Part shown: positions 26,403-39,058 of the stretch, in pieces
Layout: every line of letters begins with the position of its first letter
How positions within the stretch are numbered: position 1 is the stretch's first letter
DNA from: Callorhinchus milii
Taxonomy: Eukaryota
Reading direction: 5' to 3'
DNA: 64,000 bases
Assembly: GCF_018977255.1 (NCBI RefSeq)
Contig: NW_024704743.1
Span: 62,064,001-62,128,000, forward strand
Program-made: the position numbers and the translations under genes
The notes under the pieces: model-generated
The model's input: the letters and a program-made list of their open reading frames with translations, nothing else
What the model was told of the DNA's origin: nothing
Database searches by the model: none

Positions 26403-26547
26403 AGATGCCAAGAATATGGCTAAAGATGTAAACAATGTACTAACTGAGATTGTGTCGAAAGAGATGCAAGTGGATACCCTGGAGGCTATGAAAATCATCG
26501 CCAGTTTACGTGACGAGAAGCGATACCTGCAAGATACCTGGACTTAA
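26403..26547 (+). CDS. MTRR: MTRR terminal coding exon (human exon 15 equivalent) with stop codon
   Basis: aaacag|A GAT...[53 protein letters not shown]; the penultimate FAD-shielding Trp is retained. Confidence 0.97.
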
Positions 26548-27091
26548 GCGTGTCCAAAGAGGCAAAAAGAGCAACAGTAACCTCATTAAGTGTTTGGGTT
26601 TTGTTTCCTCACCAGAAGCTATACATGTTTTACATGTATTCGCTATTATAAAGTGGGGATAAATGGACACTGTATTCATCAAAAGGTACTGGACGATTTG
26701 TTTTGGGAGAGGTACTCAGATTTGTCACATTGCTGTTGCATGCGTGACGTGACAGCATGAAGTGACGGTTCATGTTTATGCAATGTGCATATTTGCATTT
26801 GTTTTGGAATCATAGGGAGTTTACAGCCCAGGAGCAGACATTGTTCAGTCAATTAAGCAGTTGCTTGGACTCTTTCATGAGGACTGAGGCCCTTTAACTG
26901 CACACTTCAGGACTGTCATTAGGAGTGGCCGCTACTAATCATTTTTACTGCTCTTTTAATGCAAACCAGTTGTCCTACATTTTATTTGCCTAAATGCTGG
27001 AATGTCATGACTTTTTTCTGCTGTGTTGGACTAAACAATGTAAATATATTTTAGACTATGCCTTTTAAAAACAATTCTATAGAGTTTATGC

Positions 27092-27097
27092 AATAAA
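27092..27097 (+). promoter_or_regulatory. Candidate MTRR polyadenylation signal
   Basis: First AATAAA I find after the stop codon, about 545 nt downstream; no transcript support is available. Confidence 0.4.
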
Positions 27098-27739
27098 TAA
27101 TATAATGAGATAATTAATGTGCAAACATGGAAAATTCCATAGAGCTAATAATTCCTGTAATTTCTTATTCTGCCCTTTGGTGCCAGTGCTGTGCTAAACT
27201 GCACTTTTGTGACTGCTGGAGCTTGGAAATCGCTGGCTGATACCATTGTAATATGGGCAGGTGTTGCTACAAATAGTTTGTAGTTTATTGAGTTAAAAAG
27301 TAACATGCAGGTCCATCAGTCTCCCCCTCACGTCAATTACTGTTTAAAAGTCCTTTTACACTAAATGTCTCAGGAACCTTCAGTGTACTGGTTATGCCTG
27401 CTTATAATATATATGTATTTTGTATATTTACAAGGAATACAATAATCATGAGCATTGCAGCTGATGAAAATACATCTCTCCCCAAATCATCGATCACTGC
27501 AAAAAGTTACAATGTTCATCATGGGTGTGAAGAATTTACGGGTTAACAGAAATATCCCAGAAAATAGGAGAGGAAATCATAATTTCAGGCTGTTGCACCC
27601 AGTTGCCAAAGTTAAGTAGCAAGAATATAAAGAAAACGAGATGGGCAGTGGAACGGGGGACCCAGAAAGGAGTCCTAATGATGGTGTGGATAGAATTCCA
27701 GTTTACTTGTCTCACTTGGACTACTTGGGAATCTAAATT

Positions 27740-27940
27740 GGTCCTGAACTTCCCAGTTTCTCATCCCTCTTCAGCACCCTCTTTTGTTTGTGCTCATGTG
27801 TGACCGATAGGTGAGCAGAGTTTGGCTTTGCTGTAACTCACTATTGTCAAGTCGCCTGCCGACACTCACTGCCAAGATTCACACCTGAATAATGACCACT
27901 TGGCAACGGTAACCAGTGCCGAGGGAACCAGACCCCATTA
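27740..27940 (+). mobile_element. AmnSINE2-like 3' half
   Basis: GCCTGCCGACACTCACTGCCAAGATTCACACCTGAATAATGACCACTTGGC...GGAACCAGACCCCA. Confidence 0.55.
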
Positions 27941-28044
27941 TGAGGCGGCTGGAGACGAGGGACACAGAGGCAGATGCCAGTGAGAAGAAAACTAGAAAAA
28001 TAATTGGACACACTAAATGTTTTTTAAAAATATTAAATGCTATA

Positions 28045-28300
28045 CAAATTTACATTTATATAGCACCTTTTATGTCAGGAGGACATCCCAAGGTGCTTAA
28101 CAATCCAAGCTTGGCACCGAAGCTAGGGGTGGGAGGCAAGTGTGAGGGAATCAGTAGGGGAAAGAGACCTTGAACAAGGTGAGGGACGGAGCAAGTCGGA
28201 GTTCCAGAGAATGGCAGCAGACTAGCTGAAAACCCGTGGGAAGGTTGGGGGACATGAAGCAGGCCGGTTCCCGCTGAGCAATGGGAACGTCTGGGTCGGT
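28045..28300 (-). mobile_element. L2 3'-end fragment
   Basis: ACAAATTTACATTTATATAGCACCTTT...GGACATCCCAAGGTGCT tail followed by decayed L2 3' sequence (GAGTTCCAGAG). Confidence 0.65.
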
Positions 28301-28522
28301 ACAGTAGTTAAAGAAAGCAAGAATGACTGAGATAAGTGCCCATTGCCAGATTTGCTTGAACGTGAATGTTTGCTGTTAATGAAAATCTAATTTTCTTTCT
28401 TAAATAAATTGGTCTTCAGCAGAGCAATGGGCAATTTTTGCAAATTTTATTTTCTTGCTTCCTCATGGGTAAATTTATTTATGAGGTCTCATTATATTCA
28501 TTAGGTCTCATTATAATTCATT

Positions 28523-28790
28523 ATAAGAACATAAGGAATGCTAGACGAAAGAAGACCAAGGTCCATCTAGTTCTCCTTCCACCCTCCTGTGCGTGCACAT
28601 ATGTCCCAAACTACCTATGTACTGTATCCCATAATGTTATTTCCTAAAAGAAAATTAGAAAACTATCTAATCTGTGTTTGAAAAAATCAACACTTCCTGC
28701 TTCAACCGTCTCCCTAGGGAGCCTGTTCCACACGCTCACTATTTGCTCACTGAAATAGTATTTACATAGATTTGTTCTGAATTTACCCCC
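28523..28790 (-). mobile_element. CR1 3'-end fragment (second CR1 family)
   Basis: ORF track shows YYFSEQIVSVWNRLPRETVEAGSVDFFKHRLDSF; the tail matches 57900-58172 in reverse. Confidence 0.75.
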
Positions 28791-28964
28791 ATTATGATGT
28801 TGGAAGAGACTGTTGATAGTATTGTACTGATCTGGTAAAATTAGATGAAAATGCATCCAAATTTCTCAACTAAAGGTGTTCACTGCTTACCCCACCTCGC
28901 CCACCTGCCTTTTTCCCACTTTAACTCTTTGAATTTTAGGGTTGTGTTCATTTCAAATAATATT

Positions 28965-29548
28965 GGCCCGGGTCAGAGATTGTGAATTCAATCCCCATTT
29001 TTGGACTTTGAATTCACCAAGCCTACCCTGACACTACAATGCAGGGATAGAGGGAAGTTGTATTGTTGGAGGTGCCATCCTTCAGATGACACATTAAACC
29101 AAGATCCCTTTTGTCTGTTCAGGTAGATGTTAAAGGTTTCATGGCAGTATTCAAAAAGAGAAAGGAGTTTCTCACCATGCCCTGGCCAGCAATCCCCCAG
29201 ATAAAATTGGTCATTTACCTAATTTTTTTTTTATGGGCCATTGCTATGTGCACATTGATTGCTGTGCTCACCTACAAAATATACAGTCACTACATTTCGC
29301 AGTAAATCCTGTGAAGTGATATGCAACATCCTGGAAAGATTTGCAAGGCTATGGGGAAAGAGCAGGGGAGTGGGACTTGCCAAGCGCTCTGGGATGCCGC
29401 CCGGTGTGGTAGGCCCCTATGTAAATGCAAGTTGTTATAGTTGGCAGCTCTTTCAAAGAGCTGGCACAGGTATGATGGGCTGAATAACCTGCTTCTGTGT
29501 TGTAAGATTCTATGAAGTGAAGGACGTTATATGAAATGCAAGGATTGC
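28965..29548 (+). mobile_element. DeuSINE interrupted by a CR1 3' tail (about 29340-29513)
   Basis: B-box GAATTCAATCC and Deu core GGAGGTGCCATCCTTCAGATGACACATTAAACC; the tail is split by GGCTATGGGGAAAGAGCAGG...GATTCTATG. Confidence 0.7.
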
Positions 29549-31545
29549 TATTTTCTTGTCTTTCTGTTGCTAGAAAGATCACAGGAGATGAAACTTGTGT
29601 GCAAACGCTGTACAGATGAATCCTGACTATTTAAATGAAAGAGATTCTCTTGGTGGATACAATGAATCTAGTTTTCATTCCACAGCACAGCCACTGCCTG
29701 CTGTAGGACTGGAAGACAGACTCTTAAAATTGAGTGGTTGGCATCAAGTCAACAATAAAATGCCTGTGATTACCAGCCTGTTAATTCTCACTCTGCCAGG
29801 AAGGTCTGAAGCTCTTAATAAATATGCAGTTGTCTGATTTGTACTTTTAATCTTCAGCCAACTTCATCAGCCAGAACTATGGTTGAAACTTCAGAGCTGG
29901 GTTTAATGTTGCCTCATTTTGTGTCAGAGATTTTCTTTCACTTGGAACAAGAATTCCTCTTTGCGAAGAATTAAAGATAAGACATTTTTAAAATCCAATC
30001 TTATCGAGGAAGCCTAAAAGTTGTTTTTCATTACCTCCCATGCAAGTTTACAGTTTAGTTAGCGCTAACTTCCCAACTGGAGCTCATTGTTATGTCTGGT
30101 AGTGCTAGTTTCCCAACTGGAGCTATCTATTCTAATTCTTTTCTCCTTATATAATTTCCTCAAATATTTGTCCAATTCCCTTTTATTTCTGTTGTGGATT
30201 TGGGTTCAACAGCATTTTGTCGTAAGGCATTGCATATTGCACAAAGTATTCCATTTATGACTCATAATCTAGTTCTAACCTCTCTTTTCCCCCCTCCCTG
30301 CTTCCCATGCACTTTATTCAATACTATTCCAAACCTGCCATTTGCCTGCCTTAAATGCAGAAATCTGCATAGAAGATGATGCTGAATTTGTATTTCAATA
30401 CAGTGAAGATTTGTTAGCAGTGAGTATGTATTTGGAACTTAGAAGAACCGAAGATTGATGAGCATTGATGATACAAGGCAACCCTGTTATAAGACACCCA
30501 GTTGAGTATAAGTTTGATTATAGTACGGCTCCACTGTGCTCTATACAGGAAGGGTAGTGCAGCCAGGGTTTGGCACTGACCGGCAAACAATGTCTGAGTC
30601 CCAGGTCGTCAGTTTACTGCTGATATAGCCTGCGGATTCACTGTGAACAGGAAATGCCACTTATGTCACTTCCCACGAGGTGCGCCTATGTGCTATGTAC
30701 AGGAAGTGCCACTGACATCACCCGATGTTTCGGAGGTGTTTTTTGTGTCTGAGCTTATAGACGCAGATCACCACCAACCAAGCACTAACTTGCACTTATA
30801 CAGCATCTTTTGCATGGATAGTGTCTCGGAGCACCATATTGAAACAGCTCCATCGTATTATCAATACAATACTATGGAAAAGGACAAAAGTTGATTGATT
30901 AACGGGGATAGAAGTGGAAAAGGTTCACATCAGATTTACAAGTTTTTCCTTGTTCCTGGTTCAGGAATATAAGATGATGATGATAATAATCCTTTGATTT
31001 GGTATGGTTGGATGGATATGTTCGTAGATAAGGAGACAACGGATTAACGGAGCATTACGGAAATTTAGAGGCTGTTGAATGGAAAGTAAGTAAATTTGGC
31101 ATCAAATAGCTTCTTGGAGGCAGATTTAGTAAATGGAGATTTGAGATCTGCAAACAATGAACAAATGTCAGTAGGTGAGATTGCATTAACAGTGAGGCTA
31201 GGCTGGAGGGGTAATAGCTGTTGGTTTGACTTGGTGAGAGAAGTTGGAGTTGAAAGAAATACGATTGATTTCTCCATTGAAAGGTGTTGTGGCGATCAAT
31301 ATTTAGTAATTCAATCATTTCAAAGCAAGAGGAATGAATATGGCTTACTCTGAGGGTAAATAATCTTCAGAAAGGTGATGAATGTAGTGTGAAATCATCA
31401 GCAGGAGAAAGGATAGAGTGGGTAATGGGAAGATCATTGATCTGCTGTCCGCGAGTCGAGGCCTGGAAAACCTTAAGTCAACGGAAAAAATTAGAGGAAG
31501 AAAATTAGCTGCAGCACAAATAGAGTGGTGAGAGCAGAGACTGGA

Positions 31546-31906
31546 TAATAATAATAATAATCCTTGCATTTGATATAGCACTTCATGTCTTTTAGACATC
31601 TCAAAGCACTTCACAGAATATACTGTAAAGTGAATTGACTGTATTTATGGGTGAAATGCGGCAAACAATTGCGCACAGCAGTGTCCCACAAACAGTCGTG
31701 GATTGAGTGACAAAATTATTATTGTTTTTTTTCTTGAGGGATTATTATCCCCAGAAAAGTGATCAACCAATTGACTAACAACCGGATTCCTATTTACTGC
31801 AGAGTCATGTGGAGTAAGGAAACTTGCCCAACATTTCACTCTGCCAGGAATCAAATCTCGGTCTCTCGCTTGCGAGGCGAGTGCTCTAACCACTGAGCTA
31901 CACTCC
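31546..31906 (-). mobile_element. tRNA-Ala-headed chimeric SINE, long form
   Basis: Same architecture as the 22381 copy; anticodon loop CTCGCAA. Confidence 0.85.
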
Positions 31907-33064
31907 ACTACAGGATAGTCACTAGTATAACTCTTAAAATCCATTAGATAGCCACTTGGTTTGTAGTGCATAATGTTAAACTCTGTCAAAGGATTCAGAC
32001 AAATACAATGGGAAATCTATCACATCCCACGTTGGATGTATTATAAAGTTCTTGCTGTGAATAAAGTAGGTAAGATCATCAACAGTGGAGCTACCATTGC
32101 TGGCAAGGTATGTTTAGATGCACAGTCACTGGGGAGAATATGAGATCTACCATGAGGACTAAAGACCTTTTTTTGAGGATGCAACTGACTTGAATGTCAC
32201 AGATCAACATTTCTAGTCATAATGGTAGAAAGGGATGGATCACTAGCACACGATTCTTACCGTGACTGAGGAGAAAATGAATAAAAAAAACCTCAGTTTT
32301 CACCCTAGGAGTCAGGAACAGAAGTTTTAAGACAGGTGTGCTTGTAGATCGAATGGAGAGAAACATCAAGAGATGATTTAGACAAGTACTAGAAACATCA
32401 ACTTGCTGGAAGGAGTGGAAAGATGGACTTTTTGAGTAAAACTGCTTAGCCAACTCTAAACAGTAATAGTTTTTCTATTGTAAATGGCTAAAGAGTTTTA
32501 CTGCAACATATCTATTGCAAAACATTCTAGTAAATGTTATTGAAAACTATTGCAAGGTTGACTTTTTAAAAGTCTATTTGGAGAAATGTTAAGTGGGAAT
32601 GGGCAGTGGATGCTGAAGCTTATAAAAACAGCTGTTGCATAGAATCAATGTGTTACCCCTAAAGTTGCAACTGAACAGAAGTCCATTTGAGCAAAAATTC
32701 AGAGCTCCAGCTCACAGAAAACACATTAATGAAGGTGAAGATTTGTGCCTATAAATACTATAGTACAAAATATAATTGGGTTTGTCAGACCAATAAATCA
32801 CAAAAATGGAAGTACAGCATTTTATTCTCTCTGCTTCCCCCATTCTATTTTCTTTCTGTTAGTGGTTTGGCTCATTTTCTTTTGTGAAGAGAACAGAAGT
32901 CTGTCACTATGCGGTCTTTCTAACAGGTCGTTTTTGAGGCCAAGAACAACACCAAAATCCACTCCCCTCCACATCCACTCTCAAGCACCCTCAATCCTCA
33001 CTCTGGTGCCAAGTGCGAAGAGGATTTATAGAGATTAATCTATAAGATAAATAATATCTGTCTG

Positions 33065-34587
33065 GCTGCCTCCACATCTTTCCCCCACCATCACCCAGAT
33101 GAAGCCCACCACCTGCTGTCTCGACCCTCTCCCCACCCAGCTTCTGATCACTCAACTTTCCCTCCTCTGCCCACTGCTGGCTGACACAATCAACCAGTCC
33201 CTCTCCTCAGGCTCTGCCCCACTCCCCCTCAAAACCGTTGTCATTACTCCTCCTTAAAAACCTACCCTCGATCCCTCCCAACTTCATAAACTTCAGACCA
33301 TCTCAAACCTGCCCTTCCTGGCCAAAGTGTTGGAATGTGTCGTTGCAATTTCGTTCACGCCTCTCCCTCCACTCCCTACTCGAACCCCTCCAGTCCCGTT
33401 TTTGCCCTACCCACAGCACAGAGACAGCGCTCATCGGAGTAACAAATGACGTCTCCTCTCTCTCTCTCTCTGAAAAATACTCTTTCTGTCTCCTCATTCT
33501 CCTGGACCTCTTCATTGCGTTTGACACAGTTGATCACACCATCCTCCTCCACTGCCTCTCGTCCCTCATCCACTTCAATGGGAGCACACTGCGGGGTACC
33601 CCAAGGCTCCATCCTTGGTCCCCTTCTTTTCCTTATCTACATGCTCCCTCTCAGTGATGTCATTTGCAGACATGTGGTCATCTTCCACATGTTTGCAGAT
33701 GACACCCAAATCAACTTCTCCTCCAGCTGCAACTCCCAGTCCGCTGATGTCCTGCCAACTTGTTTGATGGACATCAAGGCCTGGATGAGTGCAAATTTCC
33801 TGCAGCTGAAGGTCGGTAAGACAAAGCCATATTCTTTGGCTCCTCAGTGGCTTCTCTCCTGCGGGTCTGAACTTTTCAACCACCCCCTGGCTCTCCCTCA
33901 GACTCACCGAACCCATGCTCAACTTAGGCGGCAGGTTTGATCTCCAGTTTTCCTTTCTACCCCACATCAGTTCCCTGACCAGGACTACTTTTTTCCACCT
34001 CCGTTACATTGTCCGCCTCCGTCCGTACCTCACCACCAATGCAGCCGAAACCCTCATCCACTCCTTTGTCACTGGACTATTTCAATGCCCTCCTCGCTAG
34101 TCTCCCCAGCTCCACCATACACAAAATACAATTAATTCAAAACTCCGTCACCCGGATACTCACCCGTACTCCATCACACCAGTCCCTGTCAGGCTCCACT
34201 GGCTACCAATTACTGAATGGATCGATTTCAAGATCCTCTCACTCGTTTTCAAACCCCTTCATACCCTCGCACCAATCTGCTAACCCCCAATTCCACTACC
34301 CGCTGCCTTCTTACGGCTGGTTCTGGTCTCCTAATTGTCCCTCGTCCCACCCACTCCACCATCGGTGGCCGTACACTTCTGCCATTATGCCCCAAAACTC
34401 TGGAACTCTCCCTCAATCCTTCCACCTTGCCCTCCCCCTTCCCACTGCATAAAAACCTTTTTTGATCATACTTACGATCACCTCCCTCCTCTCCCCCTGG
34501 CTTGTTGTCAGACTCCACCACTGTCAAGTGGTCCGGGAAGCTACTCTGCATGAAGGGCGGTATATAAAGGCAAGTTGTCGTTGTTAT
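33065..34587 (+). mobile_element. 5'-truncated, decayed L2 LINE
   Basis: [46 protein letters not shown]2-type tail with (TTG)n. Confidence 0.92.
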
Positions 34588-35550
34588 TAACCCTGGTAGA
34601 ATTGAGTGTGTTTGATGGTAGTAGGATATCATTCAACATGTATGTTAACAACCAGAATAGTTTAAATAGATTTCCCTGTGGAATATATAATAAGCATCCT
34701 CCAAAAAGCATGCAAATACTTTATTTTCATGGAAATGAAATGGACTGTGCCTTTGTTTAAAGTGCTTGCATCTGCTAATTTAATGAATTAGCCACAACAT
34801 TTGCAAGAATTATGCCTCTGAAGCTGCGACATCAGACTCAAGTGTTCTGTACCAGCGCCTTGGGACGTTCTCCCGACATGAAAGGCACTTTACAAATGTA
34901 ATTTTGTTGTTGTTGTATAAGCATTTTTTACCACAATGTATGGAGCATTAATTAACACCTAAATAAATCATCCTCTTATCCAGATATAACTGGGTTACTG
35001 TCTATTTAATTCTGTTGAAATTCTGTTCAATTTCATCTATTTTAATTTGGTCTAGGAAAATAGGAGGGGCTAATGGGAAGAGAGACGTTGTGCCAAGAGC
35101 TAGGTTTATGTAGGTGGGATTATCTGTGCCAGTCATTTCACCCAGCACTGTGCAGAATAATGTTTGATATATCCTAGAGTTGCTTCTAACTTTTGTAGGA
35201 CCAGATCCTACCAGAAGCAGGGAAACATCGTGGTGCAATGGCATTTCCAAGACGAGCTGTTCTATGGAGTTGCTGCAAGATCAGCTTGTCTGTACTTACT
35301 GTCAGGCAGACACAGCTTTCAGTAATGTGTGGTTATCTAGAAACTAAGAACAGTACATACAATACAATTTACATATATATAGTGCCTTTCACGTTGGGAT
35401 TTTGTCTCGCAGTGCTTGCATATGTAGACACCAGCAAAGCTGGTAACTTTACCAACCAGTGGAAATGTCCTGCTCTCAGTGGAAAAACCACATAGAAGAT
35501 CAACTTGCTTGAATCATACTTAATTTTTGATCAAGGAATGAGACTCAATA

Positions 35551-35572
35551 TAGTTAGTTAGTTAGTTAGTTA

Positions 35573-35605
<33 letters not shown>

Positions 35606-35732
35606 GAGTGAGTAGTGAGTTAGTGTAGTTAGTGTAGTTGAGTTAGTTGAGTGAGTGAGTGAGTGAGTGAGTGAGTGAGTGAGTGAGTGAGTGAGTGAGT
35701 GAGTGAGTGAGTGAGTGAGTGAGTGAGTGAGT
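35551..35732 (+). repeat. Compound tetranucleotide microsatellite, (TTAG)n grading into (TGAG)n
   Basis: Visible directly in the sequence. Confidence 0.97.
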
Positions 35733-37071
35733 TATTGTGTGGAGAGATGAACGCAGTTTGTGTATGATGTCTAATAACTTTCAAGGGGAGAATATAAGAA
35801 CTACAGCGTTAAACTGAATTGAACATGATGAGGTTGTTTAAATTCTGGGGTTGAAAAAGTGCTTGAATGGGAAAACTGAATAACACCTCAGGATGTAAAG
35901 TGCTGGGAACATCATACATGTTAGTCACAACAAGGTAAACTTGGGTCTGAGTGGAGTCTTTTGGGTTAATGTGATACATCAGGGTTTCCTGCACGTGAAT
36001 GAGCATCCATATCTCAAAATGCTTTCCCTGGCATGAGTTTTTCTAGTTTTAGTGTATTTGTGACCCCATCAACAGTTATGAAGTGGCTCTAATGGCTTTT
36101 TTGTTTCAATTCCTTAGCTGATACAAATGATACAAGAGACTGAAGCGAGGAAAGGGAAGACTAAACTGAGATGGTGTAAGGCCCAAGAATAACAATGTCT
36201 GCATTGATGATATGCTGCAGAGTTGCTCCATACGTTCTTTGCAAATAGGAATGGAGCAAAAAGAACTTAGCTTGCTTTCCTTCAGATTGTGCCCTGTTGA
36301 TGGCTGACTGAGGGCAAGAATTACTGTTCATGACAGTGATTGGAGAGCTACTGACAGTTCAAAGGTGTAGCCTGCAGCTATTGTTTTCATCCTTACTGTT
36401 TGGTGAGATTAAATATGTGCAACTGGACTGAAGCCCCATGCAGGGTCTGAAACTGATTTATAGCTGGCTTGACCTAGCATGTACTCTGATACTGTTTGCC
36501 AGTAAAAATGTGTTGGTTATCTGCCTGATTAATTTAAAGTGCAGCTTGATTAGATAACTTAAAATAGTAGGGCCTGGTTTGAGGATGATAGGTAAGTATC
36601 ACCACATACTGTACATCTTTATTCCAGATACAGCAGCATCTGCCTCCAACAGACACAGTTAACTTCATTCTGTGGCCCTGAAATATTTTTAAACCCTTGA
36701 GCCCTGAAAAGAACTGCTGAAACTCGAATGTGTTTGAACTCTATGGATTGTGGCAAATCAGCCTTACTTAGGCAGCAAATCACTGCCGAATTTCCTATAT
36801 AAATGGGGGCTAAGCCTATTGAGAATTGAACAATACATTGGACAGGCTGAGAATTGTCAACAAACAATTTTAGTGGGAATGTGCAGGACTGCAAAATGCT
36901 TCCACAGTCCATCTGTTCGGTTGCACTTCCAAATACTATTTGGAATACTTCTCTAACATATCCCCTCTCAATAATAATTTATCCAATTCCCTCTTGAAAC
37001 TGTCCACCCTATCTGCTTCCCTGGGAAACTTGTTCCACACAAAATAATAGTAAAAATCCTTGCAAGTATAA

Positions 37072-37181
37072 TGAACAATGCATTGGACAGACTGAGAATT
37101 GCCAACAAACATTTTAGTAGGAATGTGCAGGACTGCAAAATGCCTCCACAGTCCATCTGTTTGGTTGCACTTCTAAATACT
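37072..37181. repeat. Local direct duplication of 36827-36937
   Basis: About 110 bp at roughly 90% identity or better by eye. Confidence 0.9.
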
Positions 37182-37487
37182 GTATATTTTGTAGGCAAAT
37201 ATGGCAACACATTTGTACACAACAATGGTGCATAAACAGCCATGAAGTGAATGACTAATAACTAACTATTACTTTCTGGAGGTTTTTGTTTACCAGTGAA
37301 TAAATTGAAAATCTGACGTCCAACCTTCAGTAAACATTGAGCTCCAAGATTTTGATATAAATGAGCTTGACATTCTTCATAAGGTCAAGAGGCTGAAAAC
37401 CAACAATTCCCTGGAACAGAAGATCTGTACCCAAGGGGACTTAGAGGCAAGACAGGAGATTTGTGAAGCACTGACAGGCATTATGAG

Positions 37488-37792
37488 GGAGTCCTGTAGC
37501 TCAGTGGTTAGAGCACTTGCTTTGCAAGTGAGAGACCTGAGTTCAATTCCAGGCAGGGTGAAAATTTCCTTACTCCACACGCCTAATAATAATCCCTCCA
37601 AAACCAAAAACAATAATAAATTGGTCATTTTCAATCTACGACTGTTTGTGGGACATTGCTGTGCGCAATTGGCTGCCGCGTTCGCCCACAAATATACAGT
37701 CAATTCACTTTACAGTGTGTTCTGTGAAGCGCTTTGGGACGTCCTCCCGACATGAAAAGCGCTATATCAAATGCAAGGATTATTATTATTAT
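37488..37792 (+). mobile_element. tRNA-Ala-headed chimeric SINE, short young form
   Basis: A-box TAGCTCAGTGG, B-box GAGTTCAATTC, DeuSINE-type 3' block CTGTTTGTGGGACATTGCTGTGCGCAATTGGCTGCCGCG, tail hairpin, (TTA)n. Confidence 0.9.
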
Positions 37793-37944
37793 AATCACTG
37801 AACTTATGAGATTCCAACAGACTGGAAGCAAGTAATTGCTGTTCCTAAATTCATGAACAGTGGTAGAACCATAGCTGGCAATTACAAACCCATTAGAGTG
37901 CCGTCAATAATTGGAAATCAAGGAGACAATCAAAATGTAAGATT

Positions 37945-38460
37945 ACTTATAAAACTAATCTAATAGGTGACAGTGAGCAGGATTCAGAAGGGATAGATCC
38001 AGTCTGATCAACCTCATAAGTTTTTTTTGAGAAGGTAACATTCCAAATTAACTGTGAGAAACCATGTGGCATAGTCTACCTAAACTACCAAACAGAAGTT
38101 TGACAAAGTACCACATCAAAGATTCCTTCACCAACTGAGGTCACTGGGTATCAAGGATAAACATGGAGATGGATTTGAAATTGACTTATGGGAAGGAAAA
38201 CAGTCATTAGGGAGAGTTAGGTCGAAGTGGGTAGGTATTGAATTGGGTGCTTTGGGTTTCTGTTCAGGGACCTCTCCCATCCTTGTGTACATTAATGACA
38301 TAGAGTCACATATTCAGTGCAAGGTGGCTACATTTGCAGGTGACATAGCGGAATCAGAAGAGCAAGCAAAGCAAAGGTCTCATAAAAAGAGCTGGATAGG
38401 GTATGCAATGGGCTGCTCACTGGCAAATCAAGTTCAAAACAGAAAAATGCAAGGTATGAC
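37945..38460 (+). mobile_element. Old CR1 RT fragment
   Basis: Remnants of FDKVPH, VYINDI and FAGD (from FADD). Confidence 0.7.
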
Positions 38461-39058
38461 AAATAACAATGTACTGCATGGATGAGAGAGAATTTGCTGA
38501 AGGGGAAGCTGAAGAGATTTAAGGGTATTGAGCTGTTATGGCTCAAACATAATAAATCAGATGATTGACTAGAGGGCAAAGGACACCTGTTGATCTGTAT
38601 TCCAGTGGAAGGTAAAAAAGAATCAACCACCTTCACTTTTAACAGAAGGAGGAGGCAGGGGAGAGAGTGGGTGAGTAGCTAATTATCTAGATAGCTAACT
38701 AATTTTACCTTTATGTCAACGAGGACACTTCCTTCTTTCTAATTGTGTAAATGATTGCTGCACAGTCAATGTTTCTAAATAAATGCATCAGCCTGCTTTG
38801 TGTTTCAAAATAACATCAAGCCTCTCTTCTCAGAATAAATCCAGGGATTTCAGTGAGTAAAGAATAGAACTTCAAATTAAGTTGTTCTTTTTAGGTGCAT
38901 GGATGCACAGAGTTTGTTCACTTACAATTATCACATCAAACTGTCTAATCTCAGCATCAGAATCTGCAAACTCCTGTTTGGTACAGGTTATTTGCTATAA
39001 GGAATAATCAACATGGATTTAGTAGCAATTATATTTAGTGTCAGCCAACCTCAATTGG

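Noticed and set aside
26548..27100. SECIS or other structured element in the MTRR 3' UTR
   Set aside because: There is no in-frame UGA in the visible CDS and no convincing SECIS fold
37488..37560. tRNA-Ala-like sequences (also at 22650, 23045, 31835, 41615, 42325, 53070)
   Set aside because: They are SINE heads: there is no proper acceptor stem and they are continuous with SINE bodies
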